Origin: a virus
Virus record (IMG/VR): IMGVR_UViG_3300032323_001119
Coordinates: 1 to 64,000 of that record
Strand: one strand, 5' to 3'
DNA length: 64,000 nt
In this document: positions 27,070-36,101 of the stretch, piece by piece
Layout: each line of letters begins with the position of its first letter
Numbering within the stretch: position 1 is the first letter of the stretch
Program-made: the position numbers and the translations under genes
Notes under the pieces: generated by a model
Database searches by the model: none
What the model was told of the DNA's origin: nothing
Seen by the model: the letters and a program-made list of their open reading frames with translations, nothing else

Positions 27070-27253
27070 TACATTTATGGAGTATCTAAAGATACATCTA
27101 ATTAGTTTAGAACAAGACTTAGAACAGATTGATTATGTAAATAGTCATCATTTCTATAGAGTCAAAGAGGCTGAAATTGCAAATACGAAACACATTTTGT
27201 CAGTGGCTACTGATATAATGAACTCTTCTAACGAAAGGTATAACAATGAATAG
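27053..27253 (+). CDS. Hypothetical protein
   Basis: Start after AGAGGGG; contains promoter 27198. Confidence 0.55.
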   Translation: MATKTSTFMEYLKIHLISLEQDLEQIDYVNSHHFYRVKEAEIANTKHILSVATDIMNSSNERYNNE

Positions 27254-27560
27254 AGAAGACATTGGGCTCCCGCCCCATTTGCAACGCATGATTAACCTAG
27301 GTATGGACGGTGCAGACATTATGCATGGAGAACTAAAGGTGCTCATGCTAGAGGCGGAAAAGCAATTAGAACTAGCACAACAAGCCGAAGACGAATCTGA
27401 AGAGGCAATGGATTCTATGGAGCGAAAGTACTGGGAAGGTGTACTTGATACATATGGAGAACTATACGGTCTTACATATGACATAGCATTTGCTAAAACA
27501 GAAAAAGATAAAGAAAACATGCTAGCAGCAATTAGTCAGAGGAGATACAATGAAGCCTGA
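27246..27560 (+). CDS. Hypothetical protein
   Basis: ACGAAAGG leader. Confidence 0.65.
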   Translation: MNREDIGLPPHLQRMINLGMDGADIMHGELKVLMLEAEKQLELAQQAEDESEEAMDSMERKYWEGVLDTYGELYGLTYDIAFAKTEKDKENMLAAISQRRYNEA

Positions 27561-27867
27561 TGATAAAGATAAACTAAACAAATGTTTAGAGATTCTAGAC
27601 ACTACCGACCTAGGTCTGTCCATGGTATGGCTATGGACATGGTCAACAATTGGCAATATATTAGATGATGAAACATTCAGGGCCAATGTAACCAAGGACC
27701 AGATGTGGGACCACCTGTGCGAGGCTGTACAGGCTGGCCAAGGCTTCTCTCTGGAATACGGTGCCGAACAGCACCATGAAGAAGTACAAGAATGGATGTT
27801 AAATCGTGAATACATTGTAGACACAATGTTTGAAGAAGATGAGGAGGAAGAAGATGAAGATGAGTGA
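27550..27867 (+). CDS. Hypothetical protein with acidic tail
   Basis: GGAG RBS. Confidence 0.65.
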   Translation: MKPDDKDKLNKCLEILDTTDLGLSMVWLWTWSTIGNILDDETFRANVTKDQMWDHLCEAVQAGQGFSLEYGAEQHHEEVQEWMLNREYIVDTMFEEDEEEEDEDE

Positions 27868-28093
27868 TGTATATATTAATGATCAATTAAGTAAGGCTCA
27901 ACAATTGTTATGGGGTGGCTCCGAAACTGAAAACATCGAAGCGCATAACATTATATCTAAACTAATTAAAGATAGAGTAGAGCAAGTAGATCAAATTTAA
28001 GGGCAGAAAAAATGTCTTACGGCAACTATTTACAATTTCGTGGAAAGTTGCTATAATTAACAAAACAACTATCTCTTGAAAGGGGATTATCAA

Positions 28094-28240
28094 ATGGCAA
28101 CAAAGCGTGAATATCTAAAGCAGCAGGGCATTACTGTAGGTGTACGTGGTCGCTTCTCAGGAGCAGCCAAGGTAGCTCTAGCTGAGGCGGAAGCTAAGGG
28201 CATTAAGTTTACAGCCGAAGTTACAAAGAAGGCTAAGTAA
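28094..28240 (+). CDS. lsr2: Lsr2-like DNA-binding protein (DNA-binding domain only, 48 aa)
   Basis: MATKREYLKQQGITVGVRGRFSGAA resembles the Lsr2 C-domain (REWA..NG..V..RGRI); TTTACA-N17-TATAAT promoter at 28029-28057. Confidence 0.7.
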   Translation: MATKREYLKQQGITVGVRGRFSGAAKVALAEAEAKGIKFTAEVTKKAK

Positions 28241-28249
28241 ACCAGGGAC

Positions 28250-28278
28250 GGGGTCAGGGTTCGTTGGTCCTTGACCCC
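28250..28278 (+). ncRNA. Hairpin/terminator with anti-leader loop
   Basis: GGGGTCAGGG-TTCGTTGGT-CCTTGACCCC followed by a pyrimidine-rich tract. Confidence 0.55.
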
Positions 28279-28324
28279 CTTCCTTATTTTTGGTATAATC
28301 GAGAGTTAACGAACAGGGGCGGAC

Positions 28325-28600
28325 ATGGCAAAGACACAATCACTAGAAACAAAAGCGGCTGAAAAAGTACTGGAGGCTATGGATAGCCATTGGTTTAATC
28401 CAACTATCATGGCTAGAGCATTAGTAAATGGTTGCGGATACTATACTCAATCTAAGGTAATGGAGTTAGTCGTAGAAATTATCAAGCAAACTGCAAGTCA
28501 ATTAGATAATGCGTGGGAAGAAGGGGTTACAACAGAAGCCCTATTCATGGCAGATAGACTAGCAGATTACATTGCTAACTTTGAACCAATAGAAGCATAG
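28325..28600 (+). CDS. Hypothetical protein
   Basis: TGGTATAAT promoter upstream. Confidence 0.65.
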   Translation: MAKTQSLETKAAEKVLEAMDSHWFNPTIMARALVNGCGYYTQSKVMELVVEIIKQTASQLDNAWEEGVTTEALFMADRLADYIANFEPIEA

Positions 28601-28665
28601 CCATCATATAGATCAAGACCGAAAAGATATATCTATCTAAGTATTACTCTTGATCATATAGCCCA

Positions 28666-28709
28666 AGATATCCATAGGATCTACACAGGTCCTGTGGATA
28701 TCTTTTTTT
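28666..28709 (+). terminator. Intrinsic terminator closing the plus-strand region
   Basis: AAGATATCCATAGGA...TCCTGTGGATATCTT then TTTTT. Confidence 0.75.
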
Positions 28710-29062
28710 GTATGGGCATGTGGGCAAAATTATCCGTTTACGACCAAGCTAAAAAAATCGCTGGAATATTTGGCAGAATATAATAAAATGAATATAATAT
28801 CTATTAAAATATATAATAAATTAGGCATAATATAGCCAAAATCTGTCAGAATTTATATCAAATTGTTATACAAAATATGTTGACAATGTGGGCCAAATAT
28901 GCCTTTTACGACGCTATTGACAAAATCGCTGGAATATGCGCTATGTCTCATATAAGTCCATATGGCCCTATTGACATTACGGTTATGATTATGATAAGCT
29001 CAATTACATAGTATTGTTTATCTAAGTATAACTATAGTATATAGATCTGAATTTATAGTAAA

Positions 29063-29096
29063 TATTCTCCACTTTACTCCACAATACTCCACTTTA
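29063..29096. repeat. Three short direct repeats (CTCCAC core) in an AT-rich non-coding region
   Basis: ttctccactttactccacaatactccacttt. Confidence 0.6.
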
Positions 29097-29309
29097 AAAG
29101 CCTCTAGAAGGCTCATAGAGAGGAGATAAATGGGAGGGGGATATAGGAGTTAGGACCTGTTTGCTTGCAATTTCTACCTATTGGTAGAGGAGCAAGAGAG
29201 ACAGATAAATGGGTCATCATTAGCCTTATCAAACAATACTAGACATTGACTGCAAGCTACCTTGAATCTAATGTATTTGCTATATGATGACTTAAACGCA
29301 TTCATGGTC

Positions 29310-29657
29310 TTATTTTACAGCACATTCTTTGCAAACATGATCTACAAATATCTTAGTTGACAGGGATGTATGTTCTATCTTAGTCTTGGGATTAGTTCTC
29401 TTGAATACATCTCTTAATAGTTCTATTGGTGAAGTTCTTATTTCTTCTGGTAGCCCGCCGTGTTTGTGCAGTATCTTCAATAGGATGCCTGCGATGAATA
29501 GATCATCGCTAAATGCCATCCAGGGAAATAGTATATCAAATGGGTCAATTGGGACAGATAGGTACATAACGCACAAAATGGCGATAATCTTTATATGTCT
29601 AGGTGATCTATCAAATTGAGCTTTATAGGGCTTAAATACTTCATTTAGGTTCTTCAT
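29310..29657 (-). CDS. YkvA/DUF1232 family membrane protein
   Basis: YLSVPIDPFD...FSDDL. Confidence 0.7.
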   Translation of the reverse strand: MKNLNEVFKPYKAQFDRSPRHIKIIAILCVMYLSVPIDPFDILFPWMAFSDDLFIAGILLKILHKHGGLPEEIRTSPIELLRDVFKRTNPKTKIEHTSLSTKIFVDHVCKECAVK

Positions 29658-29825
29658 GATGCCTATCTAAGTCAGGTACTGACTAAATGGTCTCTCCCGC
29701 CGCGAATTCACTTTCTAGGCGGTCAATATACTGCTATATATCTTCTTTATCTATATCTTCAGTTAAATCAAGATCATCTAATAGATCTAAATCAATATAT
29801 GCTTCAAGGTTGTCTAGTATGCCCA

Positions 29826-30473
29826 TTATTTAAGGAACGTACCTTTCCATATAGACTTCTCTACCTGACCTGCTTCAGATAGATCCTCCGCCTTTTCAAT
29901 GGGTACGCAGTTAGGTACCTTCCGACCATTCTTATCTTTCATGCCTCTCTGGGTATATCCACGCCAGCAAGCTTTTTCCATATTATCCCATTTGTCTTCA
30001 TCTTCATCTTCTGACTCATAGGTCTTTGAAATCTCTTCATCTGTCATATCATCTTCAGTATCAATTACTTTTGTAATTGGATTAACTATATCATCTAGGA
30101 TATCAGCAATTTCTTCAGCAAGTTCGAATGACTCTAGTGACTTCTTCATGTTCTTTTCTCTTTCAACAATCTTACGAGACCATGAGTATCCTGCATCCCC
30201 GCCCCAAGCAAGCCACATGATCTTGCCGTTTGATGGGTTTTCAGCGTTGTCCCAATCTTTACCTTTTTTATCTACTTCATGTCTAGAGAAATATGAATAC
30301 ATACGCTTAACAGTAGAAAGACTTAATGTCTCTCCCCTTGCCAACTGACCAGCTCTTGTCCAGCCCACAGAAGTTCCCGCACCCTTGGCCTTGCCCTGCT
30401 CTTTTAATTTAATAGCACGTCGTGCTGCTGACTTCATGCCTGATGTTGGCTTATATCCTGTTTTTTCGCTCAT
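29826..30473 (-). CDS. Conserved phage protein (domain often linked to head morphogenesis)
   Basis: GTSVGWTRAGQLA...VKRMYSYFSRH...AWGGDAG; CWRGY...VPNCVP motif; start moved to ATG 30473. Confidence 0.65.
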   Translation of the reverse strand: MSEKTGYKPTSGMKSAARRAIKLKEQGKAKGAGTSVGWTRAGQLARGETLSLSTVKRMYSYFSRHEVDKKGKDWDNAENPSNGKIMWLAWGGDAGYSWSRKIVEREKNMKKSLESFELAEEIADILDDIVNPITKVIDTEDDMTDEEISKTYESEDEDEDKWDNMEKACWRGYTQRGMKDKNGRKVPNCVPIEKAEDLSEAGQVEKSIWKGTFLK

Positions 30474-30523
30474 AATACTATTGTACCATTTCTTATATTT
30501 TATGTAGTTTAAACATGCGTAAG

Positions 30524-30594
30524 CTTTGGGTACAGGAATCGGACCTATATTCCCCGCTTCGGAGGCGGGTGTCCGACCATTAGACGAACCCAAA
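30524..30594 (-). tRNA. Atypical tRNA-Arg(CCG)
   Basis: TTTGGGT/ACCCAAA acceptor; CCCGC-CTCCGAA-GCGGG; T-loop TCCGATT. Confidence 0.6.
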
Positions 30595-30668
30595 TTGTAT
30601 TATATAATCAGTATACCATGAATGTCACGTAGTGACAGAATGCTCTCTACCGCCGCACTTTTTTCGCA

Positions 30669-30905
30669 CTATAATGGGATCTTATTTACTGGTTCTTTAG
30701 ACCAATGTATGTAGGATCTAATATAGACTACACCATAAGCTAAGGCTGCAAAGATAAATCCGTACTGCTCAGTTGTAAGAGCATAGACTATCCACAAGCA
30801 CTCATTAAACAATAGCAAAAGCCATGCCCAAACAAGCTTGCGTCCTACAAAAAATATTCCAGTCACACCAATTGCTGCTAATATCCAAGACCAGTACTGC
30901 ATCAT
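30669..30905 (-). CDS. PnuC-like short membrane protein
   Basis: Three hydrophobic helices; W-rich pattern. Confidence 0.5.
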   Translation of the reverse strand: MMQYWSWILAAIGVTGIFFVGRKLVWAWLLLLFNECLWIVYALTTEQYGFIFAALAYGVVYIRSYIHWSKEPVNKIPL

Positions 30906-31258
30906 TTGTTATCTACTCCTTCAGATTCCCACGCCCATTGATCTTCCCATAAAGCCATCAAAGACTTGTTTCCAATATCGTTAAAATAATAACGCTTCTT
31001 TTCTGTACTATAAGTCCAGCCATACCAAGTGTCACCTTCGGCCCATGTTAAATTATCACTTATCATTGTCTATGCCTTTTCTTGTTACCGTATCTGTCTT
31101 TAACTTCCGCCTTTGCCTTATCTACAATAGATTTAGTTAGCGCTTCAAGCTCTTCCTTTGTCATCTGGATCCTTTTCCCATGTAAGTTTGCCATCTGTGT
31201 ATACAGGCCAGTAGCCTAATGGACGCCAATCCATCTTTATAATCTTAGGCTCTTTCAA

Positions 31259-31726
31259 TTACTGAATTCCTAAAACTCTTTTTAGGTATACCTCTATTTG
31301 ATCTAAAGTACCATTTGGCCCAATAGCTACCACCTTGCCATTATTTACAACAAATTTAGTAAAGTTCCATGGAACTTCTTTAAAGTCTGATGCTTCAGCT
31401 ACATCTATCCACAATGGGTGCGCTTTATCTCCCATAACATCTATCTTTTTGGACATTGTAAATGTTACTCCATAATTAGATTGACAGAAATCTTTAATTT
31501 CTTCGTCAGTTCCAGGCTCTTGTTCTCCAAATTGGTTGCATGGGAATCCGATTACTACTAATCCATTTTCAGAATATTTTTCATGAAAATATTGCAGCCA
31601 TTCGTACTGTTTTGTAAATCCACATCTACTGGCTACATTTACTAACATTAAAGTTTTGTCTTTAAAATCAGACATATGAACTACATTGTTGTTGTTATCT
31701 ATAAAGCTGTGATCAAATATTGACAT
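31259..31726 (-). CDS. gpx: Glutathione peroxidase family (Cys-type) peroxidase
   Basis: NVASRCGFT, GFPCNQFGEQEPG, WNFTKF. Confidence 0.92.
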   Translation of the reverse strand: MSIFDHSFIDNNNNVVHMSDFKDKTLMLVNVASRCGFTKQYEWLQYFHEKYSENGLVVIGFPCNQFGEQEPGTDEEIKDFCQSNYGVTFTMSKKIDVMGDKAHPLWIDVAEASDFKEVPWNFTKFVVNNGKVVAIGPNGTLDQIEVYLKRVLGIQ

Positions 31727-31765
31727 TGTTAATCTTTCTGTTAGGGTGTTATAATAATTATACTA

Positions 31766-32008
31766 TTAAGGAAGATGACTGTCAATAGGTGTATATCTGT
31801 CGTCGTCCATCAATATCTCGTAATACAGCATATCTGGTATATTGTGTCCCGCCTTAAAATGATCTTTTATATGAATAAATAGATGATCGTCATTGTTTAT
31901 TATTTCAGATTTAGCTTCATCTGACAGCCAGCAGCAAGCGCAGCAAACATATCCGTCTACATGTGGATAGATATATATGTCGCTATCCCAGAACCTGCTG
32001 TAAGCCAT
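31766..32008 (-). CDS. Hypothetical protein
   Basis: MAYSRFWDSDIYIY...CCACC. Confidence 0.6.
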   Translation of the reverse strand: MAYSRFWDSDIYIYPHVDGYVCCACCWLSDEAKSEIINNDDHLFIHIKDHFKAGHNIPDMLYYEILMDDDRYTPIDSHLP

Positions 32009-32276
32009 TTTATCCCATGTACTTTAAATGGAAATGTTTATCGCAGACATCAATTACCTGCCCCGTTTTTGGCTCTGGCTCAGAGTATTTGCTTGCTTCA
32101 GGACAATAAAAGCATGGTGGTGTATTGGTTTCCATATTTATATTATACCAAACTAATTTAATTTTGTCTTTTCAAAAATTTTTGTGCATCTTTTGCATAT
32201 AAGATATTCTTTGTGCGTAAATGGACAATTGCCAGCTTCATGTAAATTATGTTTAAATAAGGCACATATAAAAATA

Positions 32277-32819
32277 TTAATCAGCTGCATTTATGTGCTC
32301 ATCTATCTTACTATACATTTCTTCTATGCTGTAATCGTTTTGGATTACGTAATCAAAGTTATAATCGTCTAGATCAATTTCAGATACATGACCAGTTACT
32401 GGCTTAACTGATACTCTATTCACACGCCAAATTTGCCCGCCCATAGATCTAATTCTATCTGCTTCATTTTTAAACCTTACATCAGTTACTACTATGTTTT
32501 CGCTGCCTGCATTTTTTAATGCTAAGTCTACCCAAAAATTTTCTCCAAACATTGAGCGACCAACTTCTGTTCCAAAAATTTGTAGTAGTCTTCTTATTTC
32601 TGGAGTATCCTCTTTTGCTTTATCTAGCCCATATACATCTACAAGGTCTTTATATCTAAAGTTACCAATTGAGTCTGATGACACTATTGGGTTCAATATG
32701 TACATAGCTTTTTTCATAGGTGCTGCAAAAGACACTCTAGAAAAATTGTACTTATCTACTAAGTGGTCTGCTGCAGTATCTTTGCCAGACCTTGCGTATC
32801 CAGATACTCCTATAATCAT
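32277..32819 (-). CDS. Deoxynucleoside monophosphate kinase
   Basis: GYARSGKDT P-loop; RRLLQIFGTEVGR; DVRFKNE. Confidence 0.88.
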   Translation of the reverse strand: MIIGVSGYARSGKDTAADHLVDKYNFSRVSFAAPMKKAMYILNPIVSSDSIGNFRYKDLVDVYGLDKAKEDTPEIRRLLQIFGTEVGRSMFGENFWVDLALKNAGSENIVVTDVRFKNEADRIRSMGGQIWRVNRVSVKPVTGHVSEIDLDDYNFDYVIQNDYSIEEMYSKIDEHINAAD

Positions 32820-33286
32820 CCCTTTACTCCGTCCCAATTACCTATTTTGGTTGTGCTAATTCCGTTTTCTTCCCATAGCTTAATAATTCCTGGATGATCA
32901 TCTACTGCATGCTTTATATTCCAATATTCTTGAATATGCTCAAGTATATCTTTTTTGACCTCATAGTCTTCTCTGTGGTCATCATCTTGTCTCATGAATA
33001 ATGCATCGTGTGGCACATTATTATTTTTAAGCCATCGAGCAGTTAATGCTCTATACTTTTCTTTTCTTGCAGTAACTATAATTATATCTAAGTTATCACA
33101 AACTTGCCATACCATATCTAAGACATCTTGGTTTGGGTCGCAAGTAAGAGATGCCTTATGAAAGGCATCAAAATCTTTTTTAAAAGACTCACTGGACCTG
33201 TCTTTATTTAATATATGATGAAGCACTGGGTCAACATTAACAAGTGTGCCATCGACATCAAATATCCAAGCTGGTCTTTTTATCAT
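32816..33286 (-). CDS. HAD phosphatase (PNK 3'-phosphatase-like)
   Basis: DVDGTL, VTAR, LFMR, VDD. Confidence 0.85.
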   Translation of the reverse strand: MIKRPAWIFDVDGTLVNVDPVLHHILNKDRSSESFKKDFDAFHKASLTCDPNQDVLDMVWQVCDNLDIIIVTARKEKYRALTARWLKNNNVPHDALFMRQDDDHREDYEVKKDILEHIQEYWNIKHAVDDHPGIIKLWEENGISTTKIGNWDGVKG

Positions 33287-33329
33287 TAATTAATTATCTC
33301 ATTTCTAAATAGTCATGTCAATAAAATAT

Positions 33330-33356
33330 TGGGCAGTTTTAAGTCTTGCCCAGGAC
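33330..33356 (-). ncRNA. H-type pseudoknot motif, copy 3
   Basis: GTC-C-TGGGCA-A-GAC-TTAAAAC-TGCCCA. Confidence 0.6.
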
Positions 33357-33361
33357 ATTTA

Positions 33362-33496
33362 TTAATTACGTTTAGTAAAGCTAAATGCTTTAGACTTTAC
33401 GTTGTTTGCGGCCTGCTTAAAGCCATAAGCATATGAACCAATCATTAAGCCAATAATTGCTGTTGAATGTAATAGATAAAACAATGCACTTCTCAT
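33362..33496 (-). CDS. Small membrane protein (44 aa)
   Basis: MRSALFYLLHSTAIIGLMIGSYAYG..., directly after the katG stop. Confidence 0.5.
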   Translation of the reverse strand: MRSALFYLLHSTAIIGLMIGSYAYGFKQAANNVKSKAFSFTKRN

Positions 33497-35560
33497 TTAC
33501 TTTCTCTCCTTAATAAATAGATCAGCATTCATTACTTTTGTCCAAGCAGAAACAAAATCTTGAACAAACTTATCTTTAGCATCATCTGAGGCATAAACCT
33601 CAGCAATAGCTCTGAGTTCAGAGTTAGACGCTAAAATTAAATCAACTTTTGGTACGTCTAAAGCATCGCTAGCATTTACATAAGAAAGCAATTTAACCAA
33701 ATAAGTGTTGTCCAGCTTATTATTCTTTAGCAATCTCATTCCAGATAGCAAGACTACCATGTCTACTGCCGTTAAGCCAAGCAGGTTAGATTTTTCTACA
33801 AGTAAAACTTCTTCTGGAGCAGTGACACTTTGGTCAATATAGTTGCGGAATGCATCAAACTTTGGCTCAAGAACTGAAAATGATTCAACATCTGTTTGCT
33901 CTTGTGTGGCATCCCCTCTTCCAATTTTTATCATTGGCTCAACATCTATACCACTATTGCCTGCGGCTGATTGGATACCAATCATTCCTCCTAATACAAT
34001 TAGGTCAGCAAGTGAAATTTTAAACTCATCTTTAATTGGATTTAAAACAGAAATAACCTTATTGATTACATCTTGATCATTTACCTTCCATGTATTTTGT
34101 GGAGCAAGGTTTATACGGGCACCATTAGCACCGCCACGCTTATCTGTCTTTCTAAATGTAGATGCAGATGCCCATGCTGTTGTAGTTAATTCATTTGGGG
34201 ATAGCCCAGAAGAAATAATTCTTTCTTTAATAGCGTCTACATCTTTTACTGATAGGCTGCTTCTTGTTGGATTGCCTACTGGATCCTGCCAAATAAGTTC
34301 TTCTGACGGAACTTCCTTACCAAGATATCTTGCAATTGGACCCATATCACGATGAGTTAGCTTGAACCAAGCACGAGCAAACTGATCTGAGAAGTAGTCG
34401 AAGTCTTCAAGGAATCTACGTGAAATCTTTTCATACTCTGGATCAAACCTCAATGCAAGGTCTGCTGTTGTCATAACTGGGGCATGAAACTTGCCTTCAA
34501 CATGTGCATCTGGTACTAAATTAGCTGCAGACTCATCTGTTGGAATCCATTGTGTTGCGCCAGCAGGTGATTTTGTTTGCTTCCATTCATACTTAAATAA
34601 TAACTTTAGGTATGAGTTATCCCACTTAGTTGGTGTTGCGGTCCATGCACCTTCAATACCGCTTGTGATTGTGTCTTCTGCATTGCCCTTACCAAATGAG
34701 TTCTTCCATCCAAGACCAAGGTCTTCAAGTGGAGCAGCCTCTGGATTAGGACCAACATGTGAAGGATCTCCAGCACCATGTGCCTTACCAAATGCGTGTC
34801 CACCTGCAATAAGAGCAACGGTCTCTTCATCATTCATCGCCATGCGAGCAAAAGTTTCACGAATGTCTCTTGCAGAAAGAACTGGATCAGGGTTTCCATT
34901 AGGCCCTTCTGGGTTTACATAGATGAGACCCATCTGAACTGCAGCAAGTGGGTTCTCTAGCTCACGGTCTCCGCTATAACGGTTATCTGCAAGCCATTCT
35001 TTTTCTGTACCCCAATATGTATCATCAGACTCCCAAACATCTTCACGACCTCCACCAAAACCAAAAGTCTTAAAGCCCATGTTTTCAAGAGCAACATTAC
35101 CTGCAAGAATCATAAGGTCTGCCCATGAAATCTTCTTGCCATACTTCTGCTTAATTGGCCATAGCAAACGACGTGCCTTATCTAAATTGCCGTTATCTGG
35201 CCAAGAATTTTGTGGAGCAAATCTATGTAGCCCTTCTCCAGCACCGCCACGACCATCACTAGTTCTGTATGTTCCTGCACTGTGCCATGCCATACGAATA
35301 AAGAATGGTCCATAGTTACCGTAATCTGCTGGCCACCACTCTTGTGAATCTGTTAAAAGATTGTTAATATCATTTTTAAGGGCATCAAGATCTAGGCTAT
35401 CGAACTCTTTTGCGTAATTAAAATCTTTTCCCATCGGATTAGATTTTTCTGAATTCTTTCGTAATCCTGATAGATCTAGCTTATTCGGCCACCAATCTTT
35501 ATTTGTTCTTGCTTCTGTGCTTGATGAATGTCCAGTTACTGGGCACTTTGCTTCGCTCAT
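33497..35560 (-). CDS. katG: Catalase-peroxidase
   Basis: [34 protein letters not shown]; duplicated peroxidase fold. Confidence 0.96.
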   Translation of the reverse strand: MSEAKCPVTGHSSSTEARTNKDWWPNKLDLSGLRKNSEKSNPMGKDFNYAKEFDSLDLDALKNDINNLLTDSQEWWPADYGNYGPFFIRMAWHSAGTYRTSDGRGGAGEGLHRFAPQNSWPDNGNLDKARRLLWPIKQKYGKKISWADLMILAGNVALENMGFKTFGFGGGREDVWESDDTYWGTEKEWLADNRYSGDRELENPLAAVQMGLIYVNPEGPNGNPDPVLSARDIRETFARMAMNDEETVALIAGGHAFGKAHGAGDPSHVGPNPEAAPLEDLGLGWKNSFGKGNAEDTITSGIEGAWTATPTKWDNSYLKLLFKYEWKQTKSPAGATQWIPTDESAANLVPDAHVEGKFHAPVMTTADLALRFDPEYEKISRRFLEDFDYFSDQFARAWFKLTHRDMGPIARYLGKEVPSEELIWQDPVGNPTRSSLSVKDVDAIKERIISSGLSPNELTTTAWASASTFRKTDKRGGANGARINLAPQNTWKVNDQDVINKVISVLNPIKDEFKISLADLIVLGGMIGIQSAAGNSGIDVEPMIKIGRGDATQEQTDVESFSVLEPKFDAFRNYIDQSVTAPEEVLLVEKSNLLGLTAVDMVVLLSGMRLLKNNKLDNTYLVKLLSYVNASDALDVPKVDLILASNSELRAIAEVYASDDAKDKFVQDFVSAWTKVMNADLFIKERK

Positions 35561-35595
35561 TTATTTCTCTTTCTGTTTGATATTACATTTATTCG

Positions 35596-35668
35596 TATCC
35601 CCAGATGGGCTCGAACCATCGACCCGCAGATTAAAAGTCTGCTGCTCTACCAACTGAGCTATAGGAAC
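35596..35668 (-). tRNA. tRNA-Lys(UUU)
   Basis: GCAGA-CTTTTAA-TCTGC. Confidence 0.9.
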
Positions 35669-35669
35669 G

Positions 35670-35742
35670 CTGCCCCACCTGGCCTCGATCCAGGGACATC
35701 CAAATTAACAGTTTGGCGCTCTACCATCTGAGCTATAGGGCA
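35670..35742 (-). tRNA. tRNA-Asn(GUU)
   Basis: CCAAA-CTGTTAA-TTTGG; T-loop ATCGAGG (atypical). Confidence 0.85.
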
Positions 35743-35785
35743 TAGATACATTAATTATACAATTTACTAAAATGGCTGTCAAGAC

Positions 35786-36004
35786 TTATTTGTCTTTTAG
35801 TCGCATCCATTTACCATATTTATTTGGCTCTTTAGAGCCTATATACTCTTGTCCAGTTTCTAGGTCTATAAGCAACCACTTACCTGGAGCTTTTGTATGA
35901 ACAGTTAAGTCTACTGCCTCTTCATACTCAACAACTTCGACGCCTTGATACATTCTTGGAAGGAAAGTGTATGCATTATCTAAAAGTTTGCGTGTTTTTT
36001 TCAC
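35786..36004 (-). CDS. Hypothetical protein
   Basis: TKAPGKWLLIDLETGQEY. Confidence 0.6.
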   Translation of the reverse strand: MKKTRKLLDNAYTFLPRMYQGVEVVEYEEAVDLTVHTKAPGKWLLIDLETGQEYIGSKEPNKYGKWMRLKDK

Positions 36005-36101
36005 AAAAATCCTAACTAAAATGGAAGATCTAATACTATATCTACTGCATCATCAATTGTAGGTGCATGCTCTTTAGAGCATGCACCACAACTTTTACAC
36101 A

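Larger units (their letters stand above)
16893..27219 (+). promoter_or_regulatory. Dispersed promoter family TGTCAG-N10-TANNAT (14 copies)
   Basis: TGTCAG at 16893, 17132, 18108, 18226, 18856, 19647, 20765, 21354, 21603, 22530, 23812, 23980, 25713, 27198, each exactly 10 nt before a -10-like hexamer. Confidence 0.85.

Noticed and set aside
16740-29200. CRISPR array or mini-array among the repeats, given a Cas4-like gene
   Set aside because: Repeats are separated by whole genes, not 30-40-nt spacers; Cas4-like nucleases are common stand-alone phage genes; no other cas genes in the window
30474-30593. N-terminal 40 aa of track ORF 29826..30593
   Set aside because: Overlaps a tRNA and the TGGTACAAT promoter; the true start is probably ATG 30473
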